This document shows positions 37,355 to 49,100 of a stretch of 64,000 nucleotides of DNA, piece after piece (the stretch's first letter is position 1; each line of letters opens with the position of its first letter). A program made the translations under genes and the position numbers. Source of the stretch: Minisyncoccota bacterium (GTDB taxonomy: Bacteria; Patescibacteriota; Minisyncoccia; Phycocordibacterales; CSBR16-193); NCBI GenBank assembly GCA_040905715.1, contig JBBDRA010000002.1, positions 3,746 to 67,745 on the forward strand. Direction: 5' to 3'. The notes under the pieces are model-generated. The model was not told where the DNA came from. It was given only the letters and a program-made list of their open reading frames with translations, and made no database searches.

Positions 37355-37735
37355 CTATACTAATTTCACGTCAATGCTTACACCCGACGGAAGCGACAGG
37401 TTCGATAGTGACTCGATCACCTTCTGAGATGGGTTGAGAATATCGATCAAACGCTTGTGGATCCGCATTTCAAACTGCTCCCGAGAGTCTTCGTACACGA
37501 ACGCAGCGCGATTTACCGTGTACGACTTCACTCGTGTGGGAAGCGGGACCGGTCCAACCACCTCAGCATCGTAGCGGATCGCTGTATCAATGATCTGTTT
37601 TACTGACAGATCAAGGATCTTATACTCATACGCGCTAACCCGAATACGAAGCTTCTGTGTTGTGCCGTCCGAATCTTTTGAAGATGCTTTCTTTTTCGAA
37701 GCTGGTTTTTTTGTTTTTTGTGTACTATCTGCCAT
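37355..37735 (-). CDS. rpsJ: 30S ribosomal protein S10
   Basis: [31 protein letters not shown]. Confidence 0.97.
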   Translation of the reverse strand: MADSTQKTKKPASKKKASSKDSDGTTQKLRIRVSAYEYKILDLSVKQIIDTAIRYDAEVVGPVPLPTRVKSYTVNRAAFVYEDSREQFEMRIHKRLIDILNPSQKVIESLSNLSLPSGVSIDVKLV

Positions 37736-37808
37736 ATTTTAGGCGTTTTGCTCTGAGCCCTAGGTGCAGGAGACGCTCGTAAGTGTCTCAAGCCAGACTA
37801 CAGACTAC

Positions 37809-39002
37809 TTATTCAACGATCTTTGTCACTACTCCAGCTCCCACAGTCTTACCCCCTTCGCGAATAGCAAAGCGCTGCTGCTCTTCGAGTGCAACCGGTG
37901 CCTGCAAACTTACGCTGAACGTAGTTGTGTCACCTGGCATTACCATCTCTACTCCTTCCGGAAGGGTTACCTCACCGGTAACGTCAGTGGTTCGGATGTA
38001 GAACTGTGGCTTGTATCCGGTTAGGAATGCTGTGTGACGACCCCCTTCCTCCTTCTTAAGGGTGTACACCTCAGCCTCAAACTTGGTGTGCGGGGTAACT
38101 GAGCCCGGCTTTGCCAACACCTGACCGCGGTGAACCTCTTCTTTCTTGAGTCCACGGATCAAAATACCGGCGTTGTCACCTGCTTTTCCTTCCTTAAGTG
38201 ACTTGTTGAACATCTCAATACCGGTCACTGTGGTCTTCTGTGTATCTTTGATACCGACGATCTCGATCTCTTCACCAACAGTGATCTCTCCTCGCTCAAT
38301 ACGGCCTGTTACTACAGTACCGCGACCTTCAATCGAGAAGATATCCTCAACCGGCATAAGAAACGGCTTGTCGGTCTCACGCTGAGGTGTCGGAATGTAG
38401 TCATCCAACGCCTTCGCAAGCTCAAGGATCTTTGCAGCATACTCTTCGCTTGCGTCTGAAGACTCAAGAGCCTTTAGGGCTGAACCTCGAATGACCGGCG
38501 CGTTTTCTCCGTCGTAATCGTACTGAGTCAAAAGCTCACGCACCTCTTCTTCAACAAGGTCGATAAGATCAGCGTCATCAACCATGTCGCACTTGTTTAG
38601 GAAGATGATGATCTTCGGCACTCCAACCTGCTTAGCGAGCAGGATGTGCTCTCGCGTCTGCGGCATAACACCGTCAGTTGCGGCAACTACTAATACAGCA
38701 CCGTCCATCTGAGCGGCACCCGTAATCATGTTCTTCACATAGTCGGCGTGACCCGGCGCATCGATGTGCGCATAGTGACGAGCATCTGTTGAATACTCGT
38801 TGTGAGACAATGCGATCGTAATACCGCGAGCCTTCTCCTCAGGCGCGGCGTCGATCTGGTCTACGTTCTTCTCTGACACGTCCTGCCCCGAAAGGTGGAG
38901 AACGTGCAGAATAGCAGCGGTTAAGGTCGTCTTCCCGTGGTCAACGTGACCAATGGTACCGACATTAACATGCTCTTTTGATCGATCAAATTCTGCAGCC
39001 AT
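37809..39002 (-). CDS. tuf: Elongation factor Tu
   Basis: [39 protein letters not shown]. Confidence 0.99.
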   Translation of the reverse strand: MAAEFDRSKEHVNVGTIGHVDHGKTTLTAAILHVLHLSGQDVSEKNVDQIDAAPEEKARGITIALSHNEYSTDARHYAHIDAPGHADYVKNMITGAAQMDGAVLVVAATDGVMPQTREHILLAKQVGVPKIIIFLNKCDMVDDADLIDLVEEEVRELLTQYDYDGENAPVIRGSALKALESSDASEEYAAKILELAKALDDYIPTPQRETDKPFLMPVEDIFSIEGRGTVVTGRIERGEITVGEEIEIVGIKDTQKTTVTGIEMFNKSLKEGKAGDNAGILIRGLKKEEVHRGQVLAKPGSVTPHTKFEAEVYTLKKEEGGRHTAFLTGYKPQFYIRTTDVTGEVTLPEGVEMVMPGDTTTFSVSLQAPVALEEQQRFAIREGGKTVGAGVVTKIVE

Positions 39003-39190
39003 AATGACGTACTACTAAAAGTATTGATAATAATTGCGTTTTGCCCCCACACCTATTTGTCCCAAACCTCCACTATAGAGAGAAACAAGTGTGGGGGTGT
39101 GTACCTCGATTGCACACCACATCCTGTGTATTCACAACCCTTCGGGGCTCATGAAAGACAAGAAAAAAGCGCACAATTGCGATGAAGACT

Positions 39191-39218
39191 ATCCTAACAG
39201 ACCGCTGATAATAGTCAA
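39191..39218 (-). promoter_or_regulatory. Promoter upstream of tuf
   Basis: TTGACT-16 nt-TAGGAT with TG extension, then a small hairpin and U-tract. Confidence 0.55.
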
Positions 39219-39397
39219 GCGACTTTGTTTTCTTTTAAGCGAAGCCTTGTGCATTTTTTTCAAAATGCACGGAGCGGAGCGAATTAAAAAACACAAAATA
39301 CCCTGGTGACACGAAGGGAGGGCGAAAAAACGTTCTACATACGTGATTCGGTGATCCGTGAGCGTTTCTTCGACCACTCTCTTCTTCTCTTTCTCTT

Positions 39398-39580
39398 CTA
39401 TTTTTCCCAATCTCGGATGATAAACCGTTTGTTTGCCGGATCAACTTCGGCAACCACCCGCTGACCGTCCTGCCAGCCCAACTCACGAATACCACTGATC
39501 GGTAGGGTGAGACTGTAACTCACGCCGCCGACCTTGCTCAACACCCGCACCTCTTCTTCACCTGATTTACCTCGCGCCAT
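39398..39580 (-). CDS. AbrB/MazE/SpoVT-family small DNA-binding protein
   Basis: KVGGVSYSLTLP…RELGWQDGQRV swapped-hairpin pattern. Confidence 0.75.
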   Translation of the reverse strand: MARGKSGEEEVRVLSKVGGVSYSLTLPISGIRELGWQDGQRVVAEVDPANKRFIIRDWEK

Positions 39581-39605
39581 ACGCACTTGAAAGGTTATAC
39601 ATGGA

Positions 39606-39642
39606 CAATATTAGAGTTAAATTAGAGTTAACTCTAATATTG
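39606..39642. repeat. Palindrome of ATTAGAGTTA units (same family as 24531-24586)
   Basis: CAATATTAGAGTT-AAATTAGAGTT-AACTCTAATATTG. Confidence 0.8.
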
Positions 39643-39720
39643 AGTATACACCAACAGGACGATCTTGTCGTTTGACCGGTAAAGAGCATCTCAAGTACGC
39701 CTTCCACCAGTGTTCTGCTG

Positions 39721-41679
39721 TTAATCAACAATAACCACCTCGTTATAGTCCCAGCTTCCCCGGCGATAAGGCGCAGTATCACCAAGCTTGGTATTTTCAA
39801 TATAGATATCCTTCACCGGTAATTCGGTCACGCCGAAGACTCGGCCGTGGAACCACGAATCTTTCACTACAAGATGGTCAGCTGATTCAATAGTGAGCGA
39901 GTGTGGCCACCACTTATCTTTTTCCTCGTGTCGATTTGAAAGCTCGATATTAACAAAGGCAATATCTTTGTCTGTGTCCCCTCCCATAAAGAACCCTTGG
40001 GAATGAATATCCTTTGTTGCTGTCACGCCGTATGCGATCTGATTCTTTGATGAGCCCAAAAGTTGATACACGTCGGGGTGTGCGGTTGGTACACCAGACT
40101 TATCACGGTCGACATCTTCCACTGAACTATTGAGCAGCAGTCGAGCATTAGTGAACGAGTCCTCACCGATACGATGAAGGTCCGTATTTCGCACAATGTT
40201 CCCGCTAAATCCTTTAACATTGTTCGTCAAAGAAGAATTCGTAATATGCGTACTAACCACGTCTGCGGACCAGCGAACACTGTTTGACCGCTCATTGCCG
40301 ACAATATTCAGATCATCCATCCAAATATGCCGGGCAAAACGCCCACCAGCAGAATGAGCATGGAAAAGGATCCCTACATCCGGCAACTGAAAGCGAATGC
40401 CACTGACCAGTAAATGATTATTAGTAAAACGTTCCTTTAAATTGTTCGTAACAATAACGTCATTCCGTGATGTGCCGGGAGCACCGGAAACGACCACCCA
40501 GGTATCACTATCAATACCTTCCAGTCTAAATCCGTCATACGTACCTGCCTGTAGATATATCACCGGCGCTCGACTACCATCGTTTTTGGCTGCCACGCTC
40601 GCCTTCCATACGGTCTTATACGGGTTATTTTTTGAGCCGTCACCGCTCTCATCCGACCCCCCAGGCGATACATAGTAGTGATCGGGGTCATACGTTCCAT
40701 TCTTGTTAACCACTAGCTCAATGCCATGCTCGCCGCGCGGAGCACCATTAATATCTCCGGCCAACACCCGTGCCACCCCTTTATTTGGATATACCACCGC
40801 CCGCACTTCAACCGGGCCATCTACGCTGAACTTAGACGCATCAAGAGTTGCCCAGTATTCCTTCACATCAGTGCGCGGATTATGAGTCATTGTAGAGACT
40901 GAAGTCCATGGACCGCCATCGACCGAAAACTCAACCCGATCGATGCTGTCTTTATGAAAAGCAACAACTCCCACATTAAATATATTGGAAAATGACTGGA
41001 ACGGCACCACATCCCACCGAGCGATCGCCTGGGCATCTTCATTCCCGATCTGGTCAGGTTGAGGGGTCTCTCCTGCAAAACCATTTCCAGGAACGAGAAC
41101 TTTTCCTTCCGGAGCAGAGGTGTCTCTTTCCTTCTCCTCTTCTTCTCTCGTATCTTCTTGTTCATCGTCACCCTGCCCACTAACACCATCGTCTTTCTTG
41201 TTGGCAGTATCGTCGTTCTCTTCTTCGTTATTTTTTTCTTTGTCTGACTCCTGATCCTCCTTATCTTCCTCGTCCGCTTCGTCTCTAGAATCTCTCTCAT
41301 CCTTCGATCCATCATCTTCCGACTCCTCTGAGTCTGGTTCATCCTGCTTCTCAACGTCGTCTTCAGATCTATCTTCACTCTCATCTGCTTGATCCGGCTT
41401 AGTATCATCTTCCTCATCATTCTGTTCCTCTTCACGACCTTCTCCATTATCAGCCGAATCTCTAGACGTTTCTTCCACTTCCTCCTCAGTTTCATCGTCC
41501 TTTAAAGCGGTCTTCTCCTCTTTGCTACTATCATCAGACTCACGTTCCTCGTGCGGCACCACCGTTAAAGAGTTAGTGTCGTCGTTTTCCGTCCCAGAGG
41601 GGTTTGATGCACCAGAAACACCCCCGGCAAGTAAAACGAGGAGGAGCATTGGAAACAGGACTGAGTTTTTGTTTGCCAT
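39721..41679 (-). CDS. Secreted protein with long acidic linker, Ig-like domain and DUF1565/pectate-lyase-like beta-helix
   Basis: Signal peptide, ~170-aa D/E-rich tract, YYVSPGGSDESGDGSKNNPYKTV, IYLQAGTY, HPDVYQ. Confidence 0.75.
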   Translation of the reverse strand: MANKNSVLFPMLLLVLLAGGVSGASNPSGTENDDTNSLTVVPHEERESDDSSKEEKTALKDDETEEEVEETSRDSADNGEGREEEQNDEEDDTKPDQADESEDRSEDDVEKQDEPDSEESEDDGSKDERDSRDEADEEDKEDQESDKEKNNEEENDDTANKKDDGVSGQGDDEQEDTREEEEKERDTSAPEGKVLVPGNGFAGETPQPDQIGNEDAQAIARWDVVPFQSFSNIFNVGVVAFHKDSIDRVEFSVDGGPWTSVSTMTHNPRTDVKEYWATLDASKFSVDGPVEVRAVVYPNKGVARVLAGDINGAPRGEHGIELVVNKNGTYDPDHYYVSPGGSDESGDGSKNNPYKTVWKASVAAKNDGSRAPVIYLQAGTYDGFRLEGIDSDTWVVVSGAPGTSRNDVIVTNNLKERFTNNHLLVSGIRFQLPDVGILFHAHSAGGRFARHIWMDDLNIVGNERSNSVRWSADVVSTHITNSSLTNNVKGFSGNIVRNTDLHRIGEDSFTNARLLLNSSVEDVDRDKSGVPTAHPDVYQLLGSSKNQIAYGVTATKDIHSQGFFMGGDTDKDIAFVNIELSNRHEEKDKWWPHSLTIESADHLVVKDSWFHGRVFGVTELPVKDIYIENTKLGDTAPYRRGSWDYNEVVIVD

Positions 41680-41721
41680 AGAATAAAATATGTGGCTGAA
41701 ATAACACATCAATCTATACTA

Positions 41722-41758
41722 TAAAAAAAGACAAAGCGCAAGGGCTTTGTCTTTTTTG
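41722..41758 (-). terminator. Terminator after fusA
   Basis: AAAAAAGACAAAGC…GCTTTGTCTTTTTT. Confidence 0.7.
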
Positions 41759-41789
41759 TATCTTGGTTTCTCTCTTGATCGGGCGAGAT

Positions 41790-43943
<2,154 letters not shown>

Positions 43944-44049
43944 GATCTAAAAAATTAGGAAATGAGGCGCTAGGCCTTAAAAAATTATAATAACTTACTT
44001 TATAGAGCGTAAGAAAACTAGACTCTAAAGCCTAGCTCTTAAACCCTCC

Positions 44050-44520
44050 TTAAACAGCGAAGTGAGCAAAAGCTTTGTTTGCGTCTGCCATTCGGTGCAG
44101 GTGATCTTTCTTAGTCACCGCATCCCCTTCGTTGTTGTACGCGGCAATGATCTCTGTTGCAAGCAGGTCTGCCATAGGCTTACCGCTCTTAGAGCGCGCA
44201 GCTTCAATAATCCATTTCATCGAGAACGCCTGTCGACGACTCGGCTTCACTTCACGCGGTACTTGATAGTTCGCACCACCAACACGACGAGAGCGAACCT
44301 CCATGGTCGGCGTTGTGTTCTTAAGAGCTGCCTCAAAGATCTCGAGGGGGTTTTCGACTTTCATATCTTTGCCAACTTTTTCCAAAGCACCGTAAACAAT
44401 CTGGCGAGCTCGCTCTTTTTTGCCTTCCCACATCACGTAGTTGATGAACTTCGCGACGGTCTCGGAATTATAGACGACGTCAGGCTTCAGCGTATGTTTT
44501 TGAGTGATCGGTTTTCTCAT
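44050..44520 (-). CDS. rpsG: 30S ribosomal protein S7
   Basis: EVRSRRVGGANYQVP, HRMADANKAFAHF. Confidence 0.98.
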   Translation of the reverse strand: MRKPITQKHTLKPDVVYNSETVAKFINYVMWEGKKERARQIVYGALEKVGKDMKVENPLEIFEAALKNTTPTMEVRSRRVGGANYQVPREVKPSRRQAFSMKWIIEAARSKSGKPMADLLATEIIAAYNNEGDAVTKKDHLHRMADANKAFAHFAV

Positions 44521-44539
44521 GACTTTCTCAGATAGCGTA

Positions 44540-44944
44540 TTATTGTTTCTTCGTACCGTAACGACTTCGCGCAGATGTTCGCCCCTCTACGCCACCGGCA
44601 TCGAGTTTTCCACGAACAACTGTGTATCGAACACCGATATCTTTCACTTTGCCTCCGCGAATAAGCACCACTGAGTGCTCCTGTAAACCGTGCCCTTCAC
44701 CTGGAATGTATGCGGTCACCTCGAGACCGTTGGTAAGTCGAACACGTGCCACTTTACGAATAGCCGAGTTTGGTTTCTTCGGTGTCTTTGTGGTTACTTT
44801 CGTACACACACCACGCTTGAACGGTGATGAGTAATGAGTAGGCTTGTTCTTGAGCGTATTAAACCCACGCGAAAGTGCCACCGATTTTGATTTTCGGAGC
44901 TTAGGAGTTCGTCCTTTGCGAATAAGTTGATTGATCGTTGACAT
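44540..44944 (-). CDS. rpsL: 30S ribosomal protein S12
   Basis: [41 protein letters not shown]. Confidence 0.98.
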   Translation of the reverse strand: MSTINQLIRKGRTPKLRKSKSVALSRGFNTLKNKPTHYSSPFKRGVCTKVTTKTPKKPNSAIRKVARVRLTNGLEVTAYIPGEGHGLQEHSVVLIRGGKVKDIGVRYTVVRGKLDAGGVEGRTSARSRYGTKKQ

Positions 44945-45019
44945 AAATTTAAATCCGAATAGCAGACACTGTCTGCTGCCAATTAAACAAAAATGCCACA
45001 CGGCATTAAGATACGCACT

Positions 45020-45048
45020 ACTTTATTACAAGTTGCGAAATATTGCAA
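45020..45048 (-). promoter_or_regulatory. Promoter of the str operon
   Basis: TTGCAA-17 nt-TAAAGT. Confidence 0.5.
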
Positions 45049-45086
45049 GAACTTTTCCTAAAGAAACTCAAGGAAGGCTTCAGAGA

Positions 45087-45737
45087 TCAGAAAAGCGCGT
45101 TCAGGGTTTGAAAGAGGATCTGTGGATCACCGACCAGCATTCCAAAGACCGTGAAAATAGCATAGCCCAGTATATTGGTTGAGAAGAGAATAAAGATCAC
45201 CGCGATGATCAAAATAAAGCTGTACTGCTCCATGAATCGCCGGATTCCATAGTATCGTGCCGGCAGAAAGGCGAACAATACCTTCGATCCATCAAGTGGC
45301 GGCACCGGGATCATATTGAAGAGCGCAAGAACAATATTGATCAAAACGATCATTACCGAGATCTGCACCACGGCCGGTGAGAGGGTGTCGAGGGGGAGGG
45401 TGAATCGCAGAAAAAGACCGAAGACGATCGCGATAGAGATGTTAGTGACCGGACCGGCGATAGCCACCCAGAGCTCTCCCCAGCGCTGATCGCGGAAATT
45501 ATATGGATTATACGGAACCGGCTTGGCCCAGCCGATCAGAAACGGAGAGCTAGTGAGCAACAAAAGCCCTGGCAACAGAACCGATCCGACCATATCGAGA
45601 TGTACAATAGGGTTAAGCGTAAGGCGGCCCTGATACTTCGCGGTCGGGTCACCCTGCATCAGAGCAACGTATCCGTGGGCCACCTCATGAATAACCACAG
45701 ACATAATAAGAATAGCGATAAGAAAGATGATCTCCAT
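45087..45737 (-). CDS. Site-2 protease (M50) family membrane metalloprotease
   Basis: HEVAHG, GRLTLNP, GWAKPVP, AGP..N, FNMIPVPPLDG. Confidence 0.93.
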   Translation of the reverse strand: MEIIFLIAILIMSVVIHEVAHGYVALMQGDPTAKYQGRLTLNPIVHLDMVGSVLLPGLLLLTSSPFLIGWAKPVPYNPYNFRDQRWGELWVAIAGPVTNISIAIVFGLFLRFTLPLDTLSPAVVQISVMIVLINIVLALFNMIPVPPLDGSKVLFAFLPARYYGIRRFMEQYSFILIIAVIFILFSTNILGYAIFTVFGMLVGDPQILFQTLNALF

Positions 45738-45864
45738 ACAGGATCTTTAAAGAATTACAAAATGAGTTACGTACTTTGTTTGTTACATTCATTATTGCCG
45801 TTCCTTCTTGGCAAAAAGTTTAGCTTATGATAGCATAGCGAAGCATAAAGAAGAAAGAAAACCT

Positions 45865-46107
45865 ATGGCTAAATCTTGCCCAATAACTGGAAAAACATCA
45901 CAAGTCGGCGGAGGATACTCCAACGACGTTCGTGCTACGCAGTACAACCCGACAGGAAAACGTCGTCGAAGTGTCAACCTACAAAAAAAGACGATCTTCG
46001 TTCCCGAACTGGACCGCTCTGTTACCCTGCACCTCTCCACCAAGGGTATTAAGACCATAAACAAGAAAGGGGCGTACCAAGCACTCAAAGACGCCAAGGT
46101 GATCTAA
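45865..46107 (+). CDS. rpmB: 50S ribosomal protein L28
   Basis: MAKSCPITGK…KRRRSVNLQKK…LSTKGIKTI.K.G. Confidence 0.92.
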   Translation: MAKSCPITGKTSQVGGGYSNDVRATQYNPTGKRRRSVNLQKKTIFVPELDRSVTLHLSTKGIKTINKKGAYQALKDAKVI

Positions 46108-46187
46108 GATATCAAATGTAGGATTGAATAAAAACACCGCGACAGCTAAAGCTGTCGCGGTGTTTTTCTTGCTGTTTGTCGGTGTTT

Positions 46188-49100
46188 CTAAAACTCCTCG
46201 TACCGTGGATCCACAGAAATATTGATCTTGTTGTTAGCACTACCAGGCACTTCACATTCAGTATACGTACCACCGTCACTGGATACTTCGGGTGAATCTT
46301 TCTCTCCAACCGTACTGTACCGAATGTCGATCTCATCTCCGCTGGAAGAAACTTCGGATCCTTCAGGAACAGACCATATATATGTTTCCCCGCCAGGAAT
46401 CACAACCCATGTCACTGACGTATTAACAGGATAGGTATATGTTCCGTCTTCGTTTGGAAGTGGCTCACAGCTGAGAGTGGTTGACGTTTCGCAACTATTG
46501 GTCGTGACCGTAACCGAATCAGATCCATACGATTCACTCGTATTATCGCTGTTGACCGCCTCTACTTTATAAACATACTCTGTAGAAGTTGCAATTGTTG
46601 GAGGTGATGACACTGCCGGGTCTCTATATTCCGTATCAGCGACTGTCTCAAGAGATGAGAACGCTAAATCCGGTTCCGTTGACAACTTCCTAAACACCTC
46701 ATACCAGATCCCTGCTGTAGTTCCGTCCCAATCCAATTCTACGTACGCATCGTTTGCATCACAGCTTTCTGTAGCCTGTAGGTCAGTCGGCTCAGGCTCA
46801 CATACCGAAACTGATGCCGTATCTTCCACCAAAGTACCGTCTGATGCCGCCGCGCATTGCAATGTGTACTCGTATAGTGACTCGGTATTTGTTAGACCGA
46901 CCTGCGTATCGCTTCCCCCAGCAGAACTTTTGTTTCCTGTCCAATCCCCCGAGGAGGAAGAAGCGGAACAAAACTCTTCAAGCGCACCGGCGGTTTCCCA
47001 CTCCAGATCAATATCGCTTCCATATGGCACACACCCGCCCCCGTCTCCTACTGAGTTTCCGCCACTAAACGCCTCCAGATCCACAGATTCCTCTTCAAGA
47101 TAGAGGAAAGCCACGTGCGTTATCAAACCTTCCGGAATAGACGGAGAAACATTCGTCACTGAGCACCACCCACCACTGCACGTCGGCGTTATCGTGTAGA
47201 GCGCCGGATCAGAGAAGTCACAAGATTCTGTGATCTCGATACCTGTTTCAGGACTCATCTCGTATTCATCTACACACGTCGCCGCCCTAATAGTCCTGTC
47301 CGGATCGTCTTCGGCTTTAACGGTATAGGTGTACTGTTCACCGGTCGCAAGATCGCCGGCCGGTAGATCACTCCAATTCTGTGGATTCCCGTCGTACACA
47401 CCATCCGGAATGTTCATCTCTTCGTCAGGTGTGAACTCCGGCTCGAGCTGCGTATTCATCGGGACACGCACACCTCCTTCATCAACCCGGTGAGAGCTAA
47501 TATCCCCGGCAAGCGGACACAGATCGGAACCCGCTACATCTGCACTGTTTGAAATACAGATATCCATGATAACTCGGCCGAGCGCGCTAGGGAGATTAGC
47601 GTCTAACTCAGACTGACTCATCGAAGCGTAGTCATCCGAACTATATTCTACTTCAATGTAATATTCCTTGATTCGAACTTCTTTGCCTTTTATCAAAGGG
47701 ATCTCACCTTCTACAGTATCCGGTTCGAACTGTGGCTGACCGGTAACAGTATATGTCCGGTCTTCGAGGTGTTCCCACGCCGCATCAGGATCAGACAGAT
47801 CTCGCTGTTCAAGTACAATGACAAAATCATGACTTTTACCGGGAACCAGATCATCTACTTCAAATGAATACTCAACCTCACGCGCATCGACCTCGTAGAG
47901 GTCCATCCGATGAGCTTTGATATACGTACTTGCAGCGCCGTCATAAGTGGTGGTATATTCTCCGCCACTACTCCGAACATGATCAAGTCGGTTTTTTGCG
48001 TCGTTATAAAGATCGTCCGTTGTTCTTTCATCTAAGAAATCTATCTTTCTGTCGAAAGTCCAGTCAAGATCATTAGGGTCTGTGTCATCAGTTATGTTCG
48101 AACCACATCGGCCGTACAAACCGGCCCGCTCTAGATGAGAAACATATTCGGTGTACCGATCCTGATAGACATCTGGCTGACACTCGCCGTCTTCTGTTCC
48201 TTTAGTACACGAGCTTCTACTCGCCCTCCTGGCAGGACCCGTCTCACCATCATCCCGCACTGTTACCAACCTACCATCCTCATCATACTCATACCCAAGG
48301 TCCCAATCGAACTCTCGGTGTATACTACAATATCCCCACGTTCTATTTCCCGCATTATCTTCTCGCTCCCCTTCATCATACCCGACCCCACTATACTCAT
48401 CGGTATCTAAACACCTGTTTTCCCCCACATCATATTGTTCCTGCTGAGTGCGTAACCTGTCTCGATTACCTGAACTAAACTCATATCGACTTTCGTTTGT
48501 GTAAACCTGAGCATCTTGTTCATAGAAGAGATCTTCTTCCCAGGTCTCGAACCGACGCGGCTTCATATCTTCCGAAAAATGATATGTATATGCACCGCTC
48601 CAGTCCGACTGCTCAAGCTTCTCATTTATAGTCATGTCACCCCAAGAATCCATACAACTATCTATGCACTGATCATATTCATTAGAACCCCACTCATACC
48701 CTTGCTCCCAACAATGGGTATCGCAAGCATAGTATGCGTCATCCCACACTTGAAACTCTTCATTTTCATCGTAATAACCATAGCCCTCTTCAAGCCCCCT
48801 AAACCCACAGACCGGAATTTCATCTCTCACGATCGTATATTCACGTGAAATTCTCGGGTCGGGTACAATATAATTATTTGCCGACACCATTACAGGGAGA
48901 ATAGCTGCCTCACCCCACGCACCGTTTGGCGCGAGGTACTCCCCCGGCTGTGACTGGTGTTGCGAATTAAAGTAATAATATGTATGCGAGAAGCCTTCAT
49001 ACGAACTCGACCCATACCAATACCCCCACCCGTAGTAACCATACGGATCACATGTTCCGCTAGAGAATCCATCCGGTCCTAGAGCACGATCCTCATTAGA

